A stretch of DNA of 64,000 nucleotides from Ignavibacteriota bacterium (GCA_963701295.1 OY969585.1:2816001-2880000), one strand, 5' to 3'. Shown: positions 1 to 11,349, counted from the first letter of the stretch. The notes: generated by a model from the sequence alone, not told the origin. Translations and numbers: made by a program.

Positions 1-1
1 C

Positions 2-3000
2 CACTACAGCTTATCATCAAATTCACTGTCCAACATCTTTCAGGACAGACAGGGTAATTTATGGCTTGCAAGTAAACAGGGAGATTTGAATTATTTTATT
101 CTTGATAATCCTTTTTACACCTGGTATAAGAACCCAAATTCAATACAGGGACTAACTAATAATTTAATTACCACAGTCATTGAAGATTCCAAAAGAAGGA
201 TCTGGGTAGGATATCAGGATGGCGGAATAGATATCATCGATGCAAAAAATGTAAAGCCCAAACTACATATCAAAGGGGATCAATCAACCGGACTTGGTCC
301 AGGGGCTATAATGTACATCTATGAAAGTAAAAATGGAACTATATGGGTAGGTAAATATCTAGATGGATTGAAGAAGTATAATGAAATATCAAAATCGTTT
401 TTATCGTTTCAACATAGAGAAAACAATGAGAAATCTATAGCCGGTAATGATGTAAGGTACATTTCTGAAGATAGCCATGGGAATTTATGGATAGCAATCC
501 ATGGCGGAGGCGTTGATAAATTCAATCCTGTTACCGGTGTATTTGTCCACCACCGGAGCGATCCAAACAGTCTATCAACAACAATCTTTAGCGACTGGAC
601 GTTTAGTGCTGTATGCGATAAAGAAGATAATATTTGGGTAGGTACAGTAGCAGGAGTTTCAGTACTCTCAGGAAAAAGCATACTCGTAAAACATTACCGG
701 GTTGATTCAAAAGAGGGATATAATCTTAGTAACGATATAGTAAAGACAATATTTTTTGATTCAAAGGGTTACGTATGGTTTGGTTCTTTAGACGGACTAA
801 ACAAACTTGATTCCAGAAATAGTACCATCAGAAAATATTTCACGAAAGACGGACTACCGAGCAACTTGATTATTGATATCTTAGAAGACGACCATTATAA
901 TCTTTGGATCAGCACAACTAAAGGCTTATCAAAATTCTCACCAGAGCAAGGAACTTTTCATAATTATTCTGTACATGATGGACTTGTGACCGATGATTTC
1001 AACACATTTGCAACTTATAAAAATCTAACGGGAGAAATGTATTTCGGCGGACGCGATGGATTAAATCGCTTTCATCCGGATAGTATTAAAATGAATAAGT
1101 TCATACCTCCTGTATACTTAACAGATTTCAAATTATTTAACCAATCTGTTCCTGTAAAAGATGATAACAGATCAGAAGAATATTCTCTCCCACTGCAAAT
1201 AAATTATTGCAAAGAAATTACGCTGGCGTATGCTCAGAACGTAATTAATTTGGAGTTTGTTGCACTCAATTATCTCAATCTTGAAAAAAATCAATATAGA
1301 TATAAGCTGGAAGGTTTTGAGAAAAATTGGACTTTGCCCGGATACAAGCGGGAAGTAACTTATACAAACCTTCAACCGGGAGAATATACCTTTAGAGTTC
1401 TAGCTTCAAATAATGATGGAATATGGAATACTGAAGGAGCTTCTCTTAAAATTATCGTTCACCCTCCATTCTGGCGAACTAACTGGGCATATGCTTTTTA
1501 CTTATTATTCGCAATTTTTCTACTTTATCTCTTTAGGAAACTGATATTACATGAAGCGGAAATAAATCGGACAGTCGAGCTTGAAAAACATGAGATACAA
1601 AAATTGCAGGAAATGGATGCTTTAAAAATGCAGTTCTTCTCAAATGTGTCTCACGAATTCCGATCGCCTTTGACGCTTATTGTAGGACCCATCGAAAAAA
1701 TCCTCCGTACCACTAAAGATGAAATGGTGAAATTACAGCTCAACCTTGTTTACAGAAACGCCAATCGTTTGCTGCGATTGATTAACCAATTGATGGATTT
1801 CAGAAAACTAGAAGAAGACAAATTGGAATTGGATCTTACTAAAAATGATGTTGTTCATTTCATAAAAGAGATCATTGATGCTTTCAAACAGGATGCAAAA
1901 CAACGAGAAATTGACTTTACTTATACATATTCTCATTCATCATTTAAAATTTGGTTTGATACGGATAAGCTCGACAAAATAATTTACAATTTGCTTTCAA
2001 ATGCATTTAAATACACTCCTGATAATGGTCACATCACGGTATCACTAGATTTTGATGAGGGTGGTAGCATGATCTCTCAGGCAAAATCTTGAAAGGCATC
2101 CTTCTGAAAAAAAAATCATAATTACCGTAAAGGATTCCGGAATCGGAATTCCCAAAGATGCCCAATCCAGAATATTCGACAGATTTTACCAGGTTAAGAA
2201 TATACTAACCACACAGGGCACCGGAATAGGACTATCGCTTACATATGAATTGGTTAAACTTCACAAAGGTATTATAAGAGTTGAAAGCGAACCTAACCAA
2301 GGTTCAATATTTACTGTTATTTTACCACTCTGGTCGGAGGAAACCGAGTTACCATATTTATCATCACTCCATGGAATAATGAAAGCTCATTATGAGGGGA
2401 ATAAAAAAGAAATCTTCACTAAACATAATACTGAATACTCAGATTTATCAGAAGAACGAACAATATTCTTAGATAAATTACCACAAATTTTGATTATCGA
2501 AGACAATGCCGATATGCGGTTGTTTATTAAGAATGAATTCAAAGAAAACTATAATGTTATCGAAGCTCATAATGGTACACTCGGTCTTAGTAAAGCTTTC
2601 GAAGAAATGCCCGATGCAATTATTTGTGATGTCATGATGCCGGGAATAGATGGCTATGAAGTGTGTAGAACACTTAAACATGACGAAAAAACAAGCCATA
2701 TTCCAATTGTCATGCTTACTGCTAAAAGTTCTGAACAGCATACAATTGAAGGTCTGGAAAGCGGTGCAGATGATTATGTGGCAAAACCTTTTAGTTCAGC
2801 TATCCTTCGGGTTAGGATTAAGAATCTCATTGAATCCAGAATACTCTTAAGAAAGAAATTTGTAAAAGAACCTTTTGCAACGATAAAAGATATTTCTCCG
2901 TCAAAAACTGATGAAAAACTACTCAAAAAAGCTTACGCAATAGTAGAGAAGAACCTGGATAATCCAAACTTTGAAGTAAATGATTTCGCGCATGAAATTG

Positions 3001-3236
3001 GTATGAGCCGTACACAGCTATACCGCAAAATACAGGCTATCTCAGGCCAATCAGTAAAAGAATTCATACGAATTATACGCTTAAAGAAAGCTGCCGAATT
3101 ATTACTAACTAAAGATAAAAATATTACAGAGATAGCCTATACTGTTGGATTTAATTCTCTCTCTTATTTTAGTCTGTCCTTTACCGAATATTTTGGAGTG
3201 AATCCTACAAAATATATTGAAAAATACATTAAATAA
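2..3236 (+). CDS. Hybrid two-component sensor kinase/response regulator (beta-propeller + Y_Y_Y, TM, HisKA, HATPase, REC, AraC); 5' end outside window; frameshift at ~2073-2090
   Basis: The frame is open from base 2. Motifs: repeated IxEDSxGNLW, YTNLQPGEYTFRV, a TM segment and FFSNVSHEFRSPL. The second frame resumes ITVKDSGIGIP...GTGIGL, followed by REC (CDVMMPGIDG) and an AraC HTH. Confidence 0.92.
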
Positions 3237-3458
3237 TCTGTGTAGAAATTTCATTTAATCTCATCTCATCGAAAAGTGCTAGCACACTGTTAGCAGTTGA
3301 ATTATGTGCGGAAATAAATACTTCCAATTCTAATTGCAGAAACTCTTTGTATTATTTGAAGGGCAATAATGTTGAAAAATGTTAATTCGAATGTGAAAGA
3401 ACTATGATTCTGGTTAGAAGCACCGCTCATAATATTTTCCCCTAGAACGATATTACTT

Positions 3459-3491
3459 GAAGGTTGCAGGTTCAAGTCCTGCCCCCGCTAC
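3459..3491 (+). tRNA. 3' fragment of an initiator-type tRNA-Met (T-arm + acceptor strand), att-like remnant
   Basis: GAAGGTTGCAGGTTCAAGTCCTGCCCCCGCTAC matches the typical tRNA-fMet 3' half. There is no intact 5' half upstream. Confidence 0.75.
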
Positions 3492-3507
3492 TTAGTCCAA
3501 AGAAGAA

Positions 3508-3544
3508 TCCTCATCGAATAAAATCGGTGAGGAATTTTTGTTTT
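3508..3544 (+). terminator. Intrinsic terminator after the tRNA fragment
   Basis: TCCTCATCGA-ATAAAA-TCGGTGAGGA hairpin followed by a T-rich tract. Confidence 0.7.
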
Positions 3545-3596
3545 AGGGTGTAATTGTAGTAAGATGTTTTGCTTTTTCTGCCCTTTTAACACCCAC

Positions 3597-3671
3597 GCTT
3601 ATTCAAATTTAGTGTCGCGCTTGGCGTGATTCAGTTATTTGGACAAGCCGAGCTTGAGCGTCTGGTTATGC
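3597..3671 (-). repeat. Truncated terminal attC of a different, shorter type
   Basis: R''/L'' side present (+ strand AGCTTGAGCGTCTGGTTATGC) plus an internal imperfect hairpin at 3597-3648. L'/R' are missing. Confidence 0.6.
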
Positions 3672-3679
3672 CGCTTATT

Positions 3680-4189
3680 TTATTTGTTTACTTGACCAAA
3701 TAATTGAGCTGCGGGACATCCGAGTTCTTGTTGTTTGCAATACTTACAGGAAAAAGAACTGCGAATAAACTCATTCCCTTTAAAGGAAATCAAAACAATA
3801 GCAATTATTGCAGCTAAAATTATCCATTTAAAATTGATCAATAATGTAATTATTCCGCCAATTAAAGGAAGAACTAGTAATAGCAAATCGGGTATCATAT
3901 CCCACCACGTCGATTTTCGTTCATTAAATTTCTTGGGATCACCTTTGGAGAATACCGATGCACAAATTTTCCCTTTCCCAAATCCGCATAATTTTCCGTA
4001 GTAATAGCAATTTACACATCCCTTGCGATATTGATTTATTTCCATAAAAATGAAATACAATAAATAAAATACAGCAAATATAGTTCCCAATTGAGCAAGG
4101 ATGAATAATCCAATAGCATAAATAGATATCGATAATGCATTAGCTATTGCAATCATCCAAAACGGATAGTTCTCATATTTGGATTGCAT
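3680..4189 (-). CDS. Cassette: hypothetical 4-TM membrane protein with CxxC motifs
   Basis: 169-aa ORF with an SD (GAGGAG), hydrophobic segments, and CVNC...C and CKYC...C motifs. Confidence 0.8.
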   Translation of the reverse strand: MQSKYENYPFWMIAIANALSISIYAIGLFILAQLGTIFAVFYLLYFIFMEINQYRKGCVNCYYYGKLCGFGKGKICASVFSKGDPKKFNERKSTWWDMIPDLLLLVLPLIGGIITLLINFKWIILAAIIAIVLISFKGNEFIRSSFSCKYCKQQELGCPAAQLFGQVNK

Positions 4190-4225
4190 AGTTAATACTC
4201 CTCACAATTGATCTAAGCGTAAGCG

Positions 4226-4381
4226 GCCTAACGGATCAGCGCTAAGCGGCGGCGTTGATAATTTTCAAGTTGCTGGAAACGAAACAAGTTTATGATATCA
4301 ACTTTCAAATAAACACAAAACCTATGCTCGCCATGAATTTTACAGTGAGCTCATTCCGTCAGCTTGAGCGCCTGGTTAGGC
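4226..4381 (-). repeat. attC-like site (156 bp)
   Basis: GCCTAAC GGATCAGC GCTAAGC ... GCTTGAGC GCCTG GTTAGGC on the + strand. Confidence 0.9.
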
Positions 4382-4487
4382 GGCAGATGAATTGAAGAGA
4401 TTTATAACTTCAAAAAATACTTATACTAAATAATTCAATAAAAGTTTTACAATATATATTTTCTGTTTCATTGCGATATTTAGAAAA

Positions 4488-5387
4488 TCATTTTGTTAAG
4501 TAACGCACTATAACTACTCCTGAACCTCCGTTACCACCAGGCATACTTACATACGTTCCGGAAACTAGTCCGCCGCCGCCACCACCACCACCTGTATTTG
4601 GTGTGCCATTGCCTGCAATGGAATTAGTATTTGATCCTGCACCTCCGCCTCCAACGCCCCCAGCACCTGGCGTGTCAGTACCATAAACGCCACCACCACC
4701 ACCGCCTCCATAATAGACATTTGAACCTGAAATACTGAAAGCTAACCCCGGTCCACCATTTCCATTTCCACCAGATCCGGTTCCACCACTTCCAACTCCA
4801 CCCGCACCACCGCCGCCTCCTGCAAGATAATTCCAAGCAGTTCCCCCAAGACCACCAGCATATCCTTGACCAGGTATTCCATCACCGTTGCTATTACCTA
4901 GATTTTGTGGACTGCCGCCTCCACCTGAACCCCCACTGTCTGCCATTGAAAACCTGCTTGCCCCACCACCTCCACCGATTGCTACTACTACATCAAATAT
5001 TGAGTTTGACCCATTTAAAGCTGTAATAGTGTTATCAGTAGAACCACTTCCACCTACTCCAACGATAACAGGTATATTTCCACTTACATAATAATATTTT
5101 TTATATACTACTCCGCCACCACCTCCACCACCAGCCGTATGACATCCCCCACCACCACCTCCTCCTACAACAAGTAATTCCACTAGCCCACTGTCAATAC
5201 AAGAAAATGTTCCGCTGCTGGTAAAAGTATGTATTGTGTAACCTCCGGCTTGGGTTATAGTTCCACCTGTAGCCGAGTTTAACATTCCAAGTGTGATATA
5301 AGTTGGAGCGGTTGATTGATCTTTTTGGCAGCTTGCGATAAATAACAAGCATCCAACTATCATTGAAATTAAAAAGTGTTTTGTCAT
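4488..5387 (-). CDS. Cassette: lipoprotein with glycine-rich (polyglycine-II-type) domain
   Basis: Lipobox-like FIASC; IHTFTSSGTF...LVVGGGGGGG...GGSGVVIVRY signature. Confidence 0.8.
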   Translation of the reverse strand: MTKHFLISMIVGCLLFIASCQKDQSTAPTYITLGMLNSATGGTITQAGGYTIHTFTSSGTFSCIDSGLVELLVVGGGGGGGCHTAGGGGGGGVVYKKYYYVSGNIPVIVGVGGSGSTDNTITALNGSNSIFDVVVAIGGGGGASRFSMADSGGSGGGGSPQNLGNSNGDGIPGQGYAGGLGGTAWNYLAGGGGGAGGVGSGGTGSGGNGNGGPGLAFSISGSNVYYGGGGGGGVYGTDTPGAGGVGGGGAGSNTNSIAGNGTPNTGGGGGGGGLVSGTYVSMPGGNGGSGVVIVRYLTK

Positions 5388-5429
5388 GGATATTTCTCCT
5401 ATTAGTTATAGAATGCTAATTTTAAGGTT

Positions 5430-5650
5430 GCCTAACGGACCGGCGCTAAGCTGCGGCGTTGATAACTCTCGTAATGCAACCAACGAAACAAGTTCATGCT
5501 GAAAACCAAATTAATAAACACTCAACCAACGAGGTATTGAAAAGTTAATTATAAAAACTTAAACCCACCATTAGCCATGAATTTCGCACCCAGCTCATTC
5601 CGTCAGCTTGCTTGCCCGCCGTCTTGTTGGGCGGGAGCGCCTGGTTAGGT
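5430..5650 (-). repeat. attC-like site, long class, with 25-bp hairpin insertion in L''
   Basis: GCCTAAC...GTTAGGT; insertion at 5611-5635. Confidence 0.88.
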
Positions 5651-5660
5651 TGCAATTGTT

Positions 5661-6873
5661 TCATTTGAGCAAAACAAGTTTTTTTATCTCAGTAAATGAG
5701 CCGGCTTGCAATCGATAAAAATAAAATCCACTCGGCATATTTGACGCATTCCATTGCCGTGTGTAGGTGCCAGCAGATAATTCTTCAGAGGTAATGATTG
5801 CTATTTCTCTTCCAAGTAAATCATATATCTTTAGTAACACATATGATTTCGATGGAATAATAAATGAAATAGTCGTAGATGGATTAAAAGGATTGGGATA
5901 ATTCTGACCAAGCCTGAAATTCGTCGGTAAGTCAGTCGAGAGCTTTTCTACTGAGGTTATTTCTGACAACGGTCGTTTCCAGACGCCGATTTCAGTCCCG
6001 GCAAAGAGATTCGTGCCGGAAACGGTAAGAATATATATAACAGTCTTTGCCAAACCAGTGTTGATAGGAGTCCAGCTTGTGCCATTATTGGTCGAAAGAA
6101 AGACGCCACCGTTCAGAGTCCCGGCAAAGAGATTTGTTCCAGAACCAGTAAGAGCAACGACAGGATTAGACATCAATCCGTTACTCATTGCAATCCAATT
6201 TGTACCGTTATTAGTAGATAGAAAGACACCTAAATCAGTTCCAGCATAGAGATTTGTACCAGAGACGGCAAGTGTAGAGACAATAGGAATATTCGACCAC
6301 CTATCTGTTAGGCCTGTATTCACTGCAGTCCAGCTTGTCCCATTGTTGGTCGATAGGAAAACGCCATCTTCAGTCCCTGCAAAGAGATTAGTACCAGAAA
6401 CAATAATATAGGCTAACTTTAATCCAGTACCTCGCTGCAGACCAACTAGTACCGTTATTGGTGGAAAGAAAAACGCCGTTATAAGTCGCGGCAAATAGAT
6501 TCGTACCGGAGACGGCAAAAGAATAGACAAAAGGGGATGTCAAGTTTGAATCGATTGCTTTCCAGCTTGTGCCATTGTTGGTGGATAGAAAGGCGCCACC
6601 ACCCCAAGTCCCGGCAAAAAGATTCGTACCGGAGAATGTAAGAGCATAGACATAAGGATTTGTCAATCCTGAATCGACTGTAATCCAACTTGTGCCGTCG
6701 TTAGTGGAAAGAAAGACACCGCCAGATCCTCCTGCAAAGAGATTCGTACCACTTGCAGTAATACATTGAATAAAACCATTGTTGGATCCTGTCTGTATCC
6801 ATTGAGCCATGGAAGGATTGATGCCGGATATCATAAAAATACTTAACATTAAAGAACGAATAATGTTTTTCAT
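5661..6873 (-). CDS. Cassette: secreted beta-propeller repeat protein with T9SS C-terminal domain; frameshift near 6430
   Basis: Signal peptide; repeats of SGTNLFAGT..GVFLSTNNGTSW spread over two overlapping ORFs (6388-6873, 5661-6530); QNYPNPFNPST...KKLVLLK. Confidence 0.85.
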
Positions 6874-6913
6874 ATGTCTGTTTTCTTCTGTTTAGTTACT
6901 ACAACGCAATTGC

Positions 6914-7068
6914 ACCTAACTGACTGGCGCTAAGCTGCGGCGTTGATAATTCTCGTAATGCAACCAAAGAAACAAGTTCATGCTGATTCTTTCAAGTTTG
7001 TACTGACCTATACGTGCAATGTAAATTGCACCCAGCTGGCAACCGTCAGCTTGAGCAGTGGGTTAGGA
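6914..7068 (-). repeat. attC-like site (155 bp)
   Basis: ACCTAAC...GCTAAGC...GCTTGAGC...GTTAGGA. Confidence 0.88.
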
Positions 7069-7080
7069 TGCAATTGCCAT

Positions 7081-8860
7081 TTACTTAAGCAAAATCATTT
7101 TCTTTGTCTTAACGAAACTTCCGGCAGTGAGTCTGTAGATATACACTCCGCTTGACAACCCACCTGCGTTAAAAGACACCGAGTGAGCACCAGCATTCTG
7201 ACGTTCGTTGACCAATGTTCTTATTTCCCTTCCTAACATATCGTAAACCTCTAAATTTATAAAACTGTTTGTCGGCAACTGATAACCGATGACCGTTGTA
7301 GGATTGAAAGGGTTAGGATAATTTTGATTCAGAACAAAAACGAGTGGAACATGCGAGCTTGTTCGCGAGACAACGCTCGTTACTGATGTTATCCAGGTCA
7401 GAGCCGCTTTTGCAACATCATCTTCACCTTTTGCGACACCATCTGGCGTTAACCAAACCTTGTCATCCATTTGAAATTCCACGTGTGTAAGATAATGAGG
7501 AAGACTGTCTTCCAAGACATACCCATTCAACCATGCGTACTGGGCAAAACAAATACTGTCGATACTTGTTATCTGATCGGATGCATATCCTGAAGCAGGA
7601 GGTTCCCCGAAAAACCGTGCCTTGGGGTGATTACGCAATTGTGTCGCTATAAAATCGTTAGCACTCACTGAATTTGGCCCCATTAGAACCGCGATTGGTT
7701 TATCGAAGAATCGCGTTGAATCGACAAACATGGAGAAAGTTGAAAAATACATCATCGAGAAATGATCGAACGGATCGTTGCGGCTCGCCAAATAAATCGG
7801 CGGGGGCGCGACTTTGAATAGAAGCGAAAGCCCTTCATCAGCATTCTCTACGTACCCTCCTTGGTTTGAGCGAATATCGATGACTATACCGTCCACCTTG
7901 TAGATGCGTGTCAGAGAGTCGATTGCATTGAAGAAATGTAAATTTGAATTAAACCAAGTCCACGAATAGACGTATCCGATGTTTGTACCCTGAACAATTC
8001 CCCACCGAACATCCTTAGCAGATGTGATCGAATCAGTCATCGGGACGCCTGCGACAGGTAGTTGTTCCGTACAAAACAAGCTTAAGTCTTTACCAATAAG
8101 AAGACTGGTGGGAAGATGCAGTGTGTCTCTCGTTGAATATTTTATGATGTCGATTGTATCAAAGAGATGCCAGTTTCTCCCAGCAGATTGAAGCCATGAA
8201 TGTGCGAACGCCCCTGCGTTTCCTCCCCAATACGATGTGAACGAAATTGGCAGCTCCATCTTAAGCAATCGAGGATAGAGTTGTTTCCACGGCACACCGT
8301 CATACCCCAGGACAATATCCCCGGGAACTAGCCCCAACGGATGCGATGGAATCGATTTGTAAACCAGAACGGTACTATCCTCAAGAGGAGTGAGTCCTGC
8401 GCCAAAACTATCGTCGTTTCCCCAACCCCCAGCAAATAACATAGGTATTCCTGGTGTGCCTCTTGTGAGATTCGTAATGCCCATATCTCCTATGTGAGTA
8501 TGCGGCTCCATCAATGCAATGGACATCTGACTGAGAATGGCTGCAAATCGGCCACGACTGACCCCTTTTTCGATCTCGGGCCGGTATTTGTTCTTGAGGA
8601 CGTTCCAATCGAAATCAAGATTTTGGAAACAGGCAAACTTCTGGTCGATCATTGTCCATACCGAATCGAAAGCTTGCAATTCTTCCGTTGCTGGAGCAGT
8701 CCCCCAAATACTATTCACTCGATCATGCCAATCAGACTTAAGGATATCGAGGGCTTGTGATTCAAGAATTGTGCTGGCACAAATCACAATGAGACAGCAC
8801 AGTAGAAAATTCTTCCAAATTAAGCGATTCTTGAATCCATCAAGAAATTCTTCCAAACTG
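7081..8860 (-). CDS. Cassette: S41-family peptidase with T9SS CTD (start uncertain)
   Basis: IVIDIRSNQGG, KPIAVLMGPNSVSAND, a PDZ-like GLVPGDIVLGYDG segment and C-terminal NYPNPFNP...KMILLK. Confidence 0.8.
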
Positions 8861-9075
8861 ATATTATGGGATAAATGATTGATATTTGTCAACTGTAGTA
8901 GAGCGGACGTTTCAGCTGTGCAGTTCTTCCGGACGGATCGTCTAAGTGTTAAATGTCTAGGGCAACAATGCTTAATTACCAAATAAACTCCCAGGCGTCA
9001 AAGAAACAAGAATTTCTAGAACCAGAAGAATTGTAGATATATTATTAAGAAACTCATTTTATATATTTTCCTGCT

Positions 9076-9232
9076 GCCTAACCAACGTCGCAGAAGCTAC
9101 CGTACTGATAATTTTCAAAATATTGATAACGAAACAAGTTCATTGTACCTACTTTCAAATTAATATAAAATCTACGCTCGCCGTGAATTTTGCAGTGAGC
9201 TCATTCCGTCAGCTTGGAGCTGCTGGTTATAC
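9076..9232 (-). repeat. attC-like site, degenerate (157 bp)
   Basis: GCCTAAC...GTTATAC with substitutions in the L boxes; interior homologous to 4226-4381. Confidence 0.8.
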
Positions 9233-9241
9233 CGCTTGCAT

Positions 9242-10192
9242 TTATTTCTTGTCTTTCAAATATTTGCTATAAAATTCGGCGATCTTATTAAAAAACTCCG
9301 GATAGGTGATGAATTCCGGCCCGTTCATGCCGCCGTGTTCGGCATGAGGCACTATCCATAATTCTTTTTGTCCCTTCAATTCACCCGCTATTTTCTTCGA
9401 CATCCAGACTGGCGTGCGATTATCCTTTTCGCCGACAATTAAGAACACCGGAATCGAAACTTTCTTTGCTGCGTTTACTGGCAACAGTTCAATGGGATAA
9501 TTTTCCGGCGGTAAAAAATTTCTGTCAGGAGAAACTTGTTTCAGTATCGGTAAAAGATCAGCAAATGATGTCAGCAACGCTCGGCCGACATAGGCTGCTA
9601 TGTCGTTCCTCTTTGCGGCGATAGCGAAAGACAAATAAGCACCGGTGGAAAAGCCCATGACACCAATTCGCATTGTATCAACTTCCGGCTGTTGCTTTAA
9701 GAAATCGACAGCCGCATTATAATCGGTAATGAATTCCGCATAGCACAATCTATCCTCTTCAGTTGGCCAATCCGAGCTTTCTCCGAAACCACGCCAATCA
9801 AAGAGCAGAACATTGTAACCCCGCGTAAACAAATGATAACCATAAAAAATTAGCTGCGTCATATTTCCAGCATCACCATCGCAAATAATGATGGTCGGCC
9901 TCCTCGAATCATCCAACGTTGTATATAGCCTCGCTTTGGGTTTGAGTTCTTGAGGTACCGGCACAATCCGTCCGATGATCGAGTTAGCTATACCTGAAGT
10001 ATCCTGTGCCGGGAAAAACCAGCCCTTCAATTTAAGACTGTCGGCAGTTTGAATTACAACTTGTCTGTAAATGATTCCGTAATCTGAAGGGATTGCGCGG
10101 TACTGTCTTTCTGGTTTGAGTGCATACAACAACGAAGAGGTGAGAAGAAGCAAGGAAACCAGCGATAACAGGGAAGTTCTAAACTTAACCAT
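9242..10192 (-). CDS. Cassette: secreted alpha/beta hydrolase
   Basis: FDWRGFGES, GFSTG nucleophile elbow, GEKD acid, HAEH His; SD AAGGAG. Confidence 0.88.
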   Translation of the reverse strand: MVKFRTSLLSLVSLLLLTSSLLYALKPERQYRAIPSDYGIIYRQVVIQTADSLKLKGWFFPAQDTSGIANSIIGRIVPVPQELKPKARLYTTLDDSRRPTIIICDGDAGNMTQLIFYGYHLFTRGYNVLLFDWRGFGESSDWPTEEDRLCYAEFITDYNAAVDFLKQQPEVDTMRIGVMGFSTGAYLSFAIAAKRNDIAAYVGRALLTSFADLLPILKQVSPDRNFLPPENYPIELLPVNAAKKVSIPVFLIVGEKDNRTPVWMSKKIAGELKGQKELWIVPHAEHGGMNGPEFITYPEFFNKIAEFYSKYLKDKK

Positions 10193-10288
10193 TTTGTCAT
10201 CTCCTTTTTAACATGGATTCTCTATCTCAAAATTTTGAATCGAACATACAAACAGTAATGTTATCTAACTTTCATAAAAGTGCAAGAG

Positions 10289-10470
10289 GCATAATGGATC
10301 GGCGCTAAGCTGCAGCGCTGATAACTTTCATAATGTACTAAACGAACCAAGTTCATTCACTTCACTTTCAATTCTGCACTTGACCTCTACGCGCAATGCA
10401 AAATGCACTCGCGCTTTTACCGTCAGCTTGCTTGCCCGCCGTCTTGTTGGGCGGGAGCGCCTGGTTAGGC
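10289..10470 (-). repeat. attC-like site with mutated core (GTT to ATT) and 25-bp hairpin insertion
   Basis: GCATAAT...GTTAGGC; the insertion at 10431-10455 is identical to 5611-5635. Confidence 0.85.
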
Positions 10471-10477
10471 GGCTTTG

Positions 10478-11152
10478 CTAAAATGATGTCGTATCTTCTT
10501 TAACAGAAATAATTTTCCCGTTTTTATAAGACTTAATAGTCGTGATAGATCGCTTGTTCTCAAAGTCGTTGTAGGTATCTACTTCTCTAAGTAGAATTAA
10601 TTTGCCATTTTTGAAACAATGAGTATAGACAGCACCACCAGTACTCCCTCCTGCATCATAAGATGTAATTGTATGTTTAACAGAATCAGGGTCTGGATCT
10701 CTTAACTCGCTAAAATCATCATTAAATACATACTTGCCTGTTTTTGGATTGTACAGCCAAACATAATTTTGTCCTCCAGCACTTCCGTCGTTATACTCTA
10801 TAAGAATATCATTATAACCATCAAAATTCATGTCCTTTGTCTCAACAGCTCTCGGATTAAAAATAAAATCATCATTTTTAGGCAAATGGAGCCTTTGTAA
10901 TATTTTATTACTGCCTTCTTGTCGCACCTCTATTCGGATTACCTTTGGACCAGGATCAACATTCTGTTCCCAATCACTTACGAATACCGAAAATTTATAT
11001 TGAGGTAATTGCTTCGCCACAGTTATCGTAAAGTCATATTGGTTATCAGAGACCTTAACAAACGGTACTTGCGCAAGATATTGGGCGACTACAATTTCAG
11101 TGAAAGAAAATAGAAACAAATGCAAAGCAACCACTTTATATAATATTTTCAT
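10478..11152 (-). CDS. Cassette: secreted protein, XAC2610-related/FG-GAP-like
   Basis: Signal peptide from MKILYK; DMNFDGYNDILI...YVWLYNPKTGKY motif. Confidence 0.65.
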   Translation of the reverse strand: MKILYKVVALHLFLFSFTEIVVAQYLAQVPFVKVSDNQYDFTITVAKQLPQYKFSVFVSDWEQNVDPGPKVIRIEVRQEGSNKILQRLHLPKNDDFIFNPRAVETKDMNFDGYNDILIEYNDGSAGGQNYVWLYNPKTGKYVFNDDFSELRDPDPDSVKHTITSYDAGGSTGGAVYTHCFKNGKLILLREVDTYNDFENKRSITTIKSYKNGKIISVKEDTTSF

Positions 11153-11187
11153 CTCGTCATATCCTTTGATTAGTACTGAGCAATGCC

Positions 11188-11339
11188 AGCTAACGGTCCT
11201 AAGCTGCGGCGTTGAAAAGCTGCAAGATGCACCCAGCAAAATGAGTTCACGCTGATAATTTTTAATTTTGCACCCGACCTCTGCACGCCATGCGTAACGT
11301 ACCCGGCTGGCAACCGTCAGCTTGAGCGCCTGGTTAGGC
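11188..11339 (-). repeat. attC-like site (152 bp), short deletion between L' and R'
   Basis: AGCTAAC GGTC CTAAGC ... GCTTGAGC GCCTG GTTAGGC. Confidence 0.85.
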
Positions 11340-11349
11340 AGCGTAAGAT

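Noticed and set aside
3409-3458. CTGGTTAGAAGCACCGCTCATAA as the 5' half of the tRNA-Met, with an insertion
   Set aside because: The D-stem, anticodon stem and acceptor strand do not pair with the 3' fragment; probably chance or heavy decay.
5990-6760. Tandem DNA repeats inside the CTD cassette gene as DGR template/variable repeats
   Set aside because: They encode beta-propeller blades, differences are not adenine-specific, and no reverse transcriptase is present.
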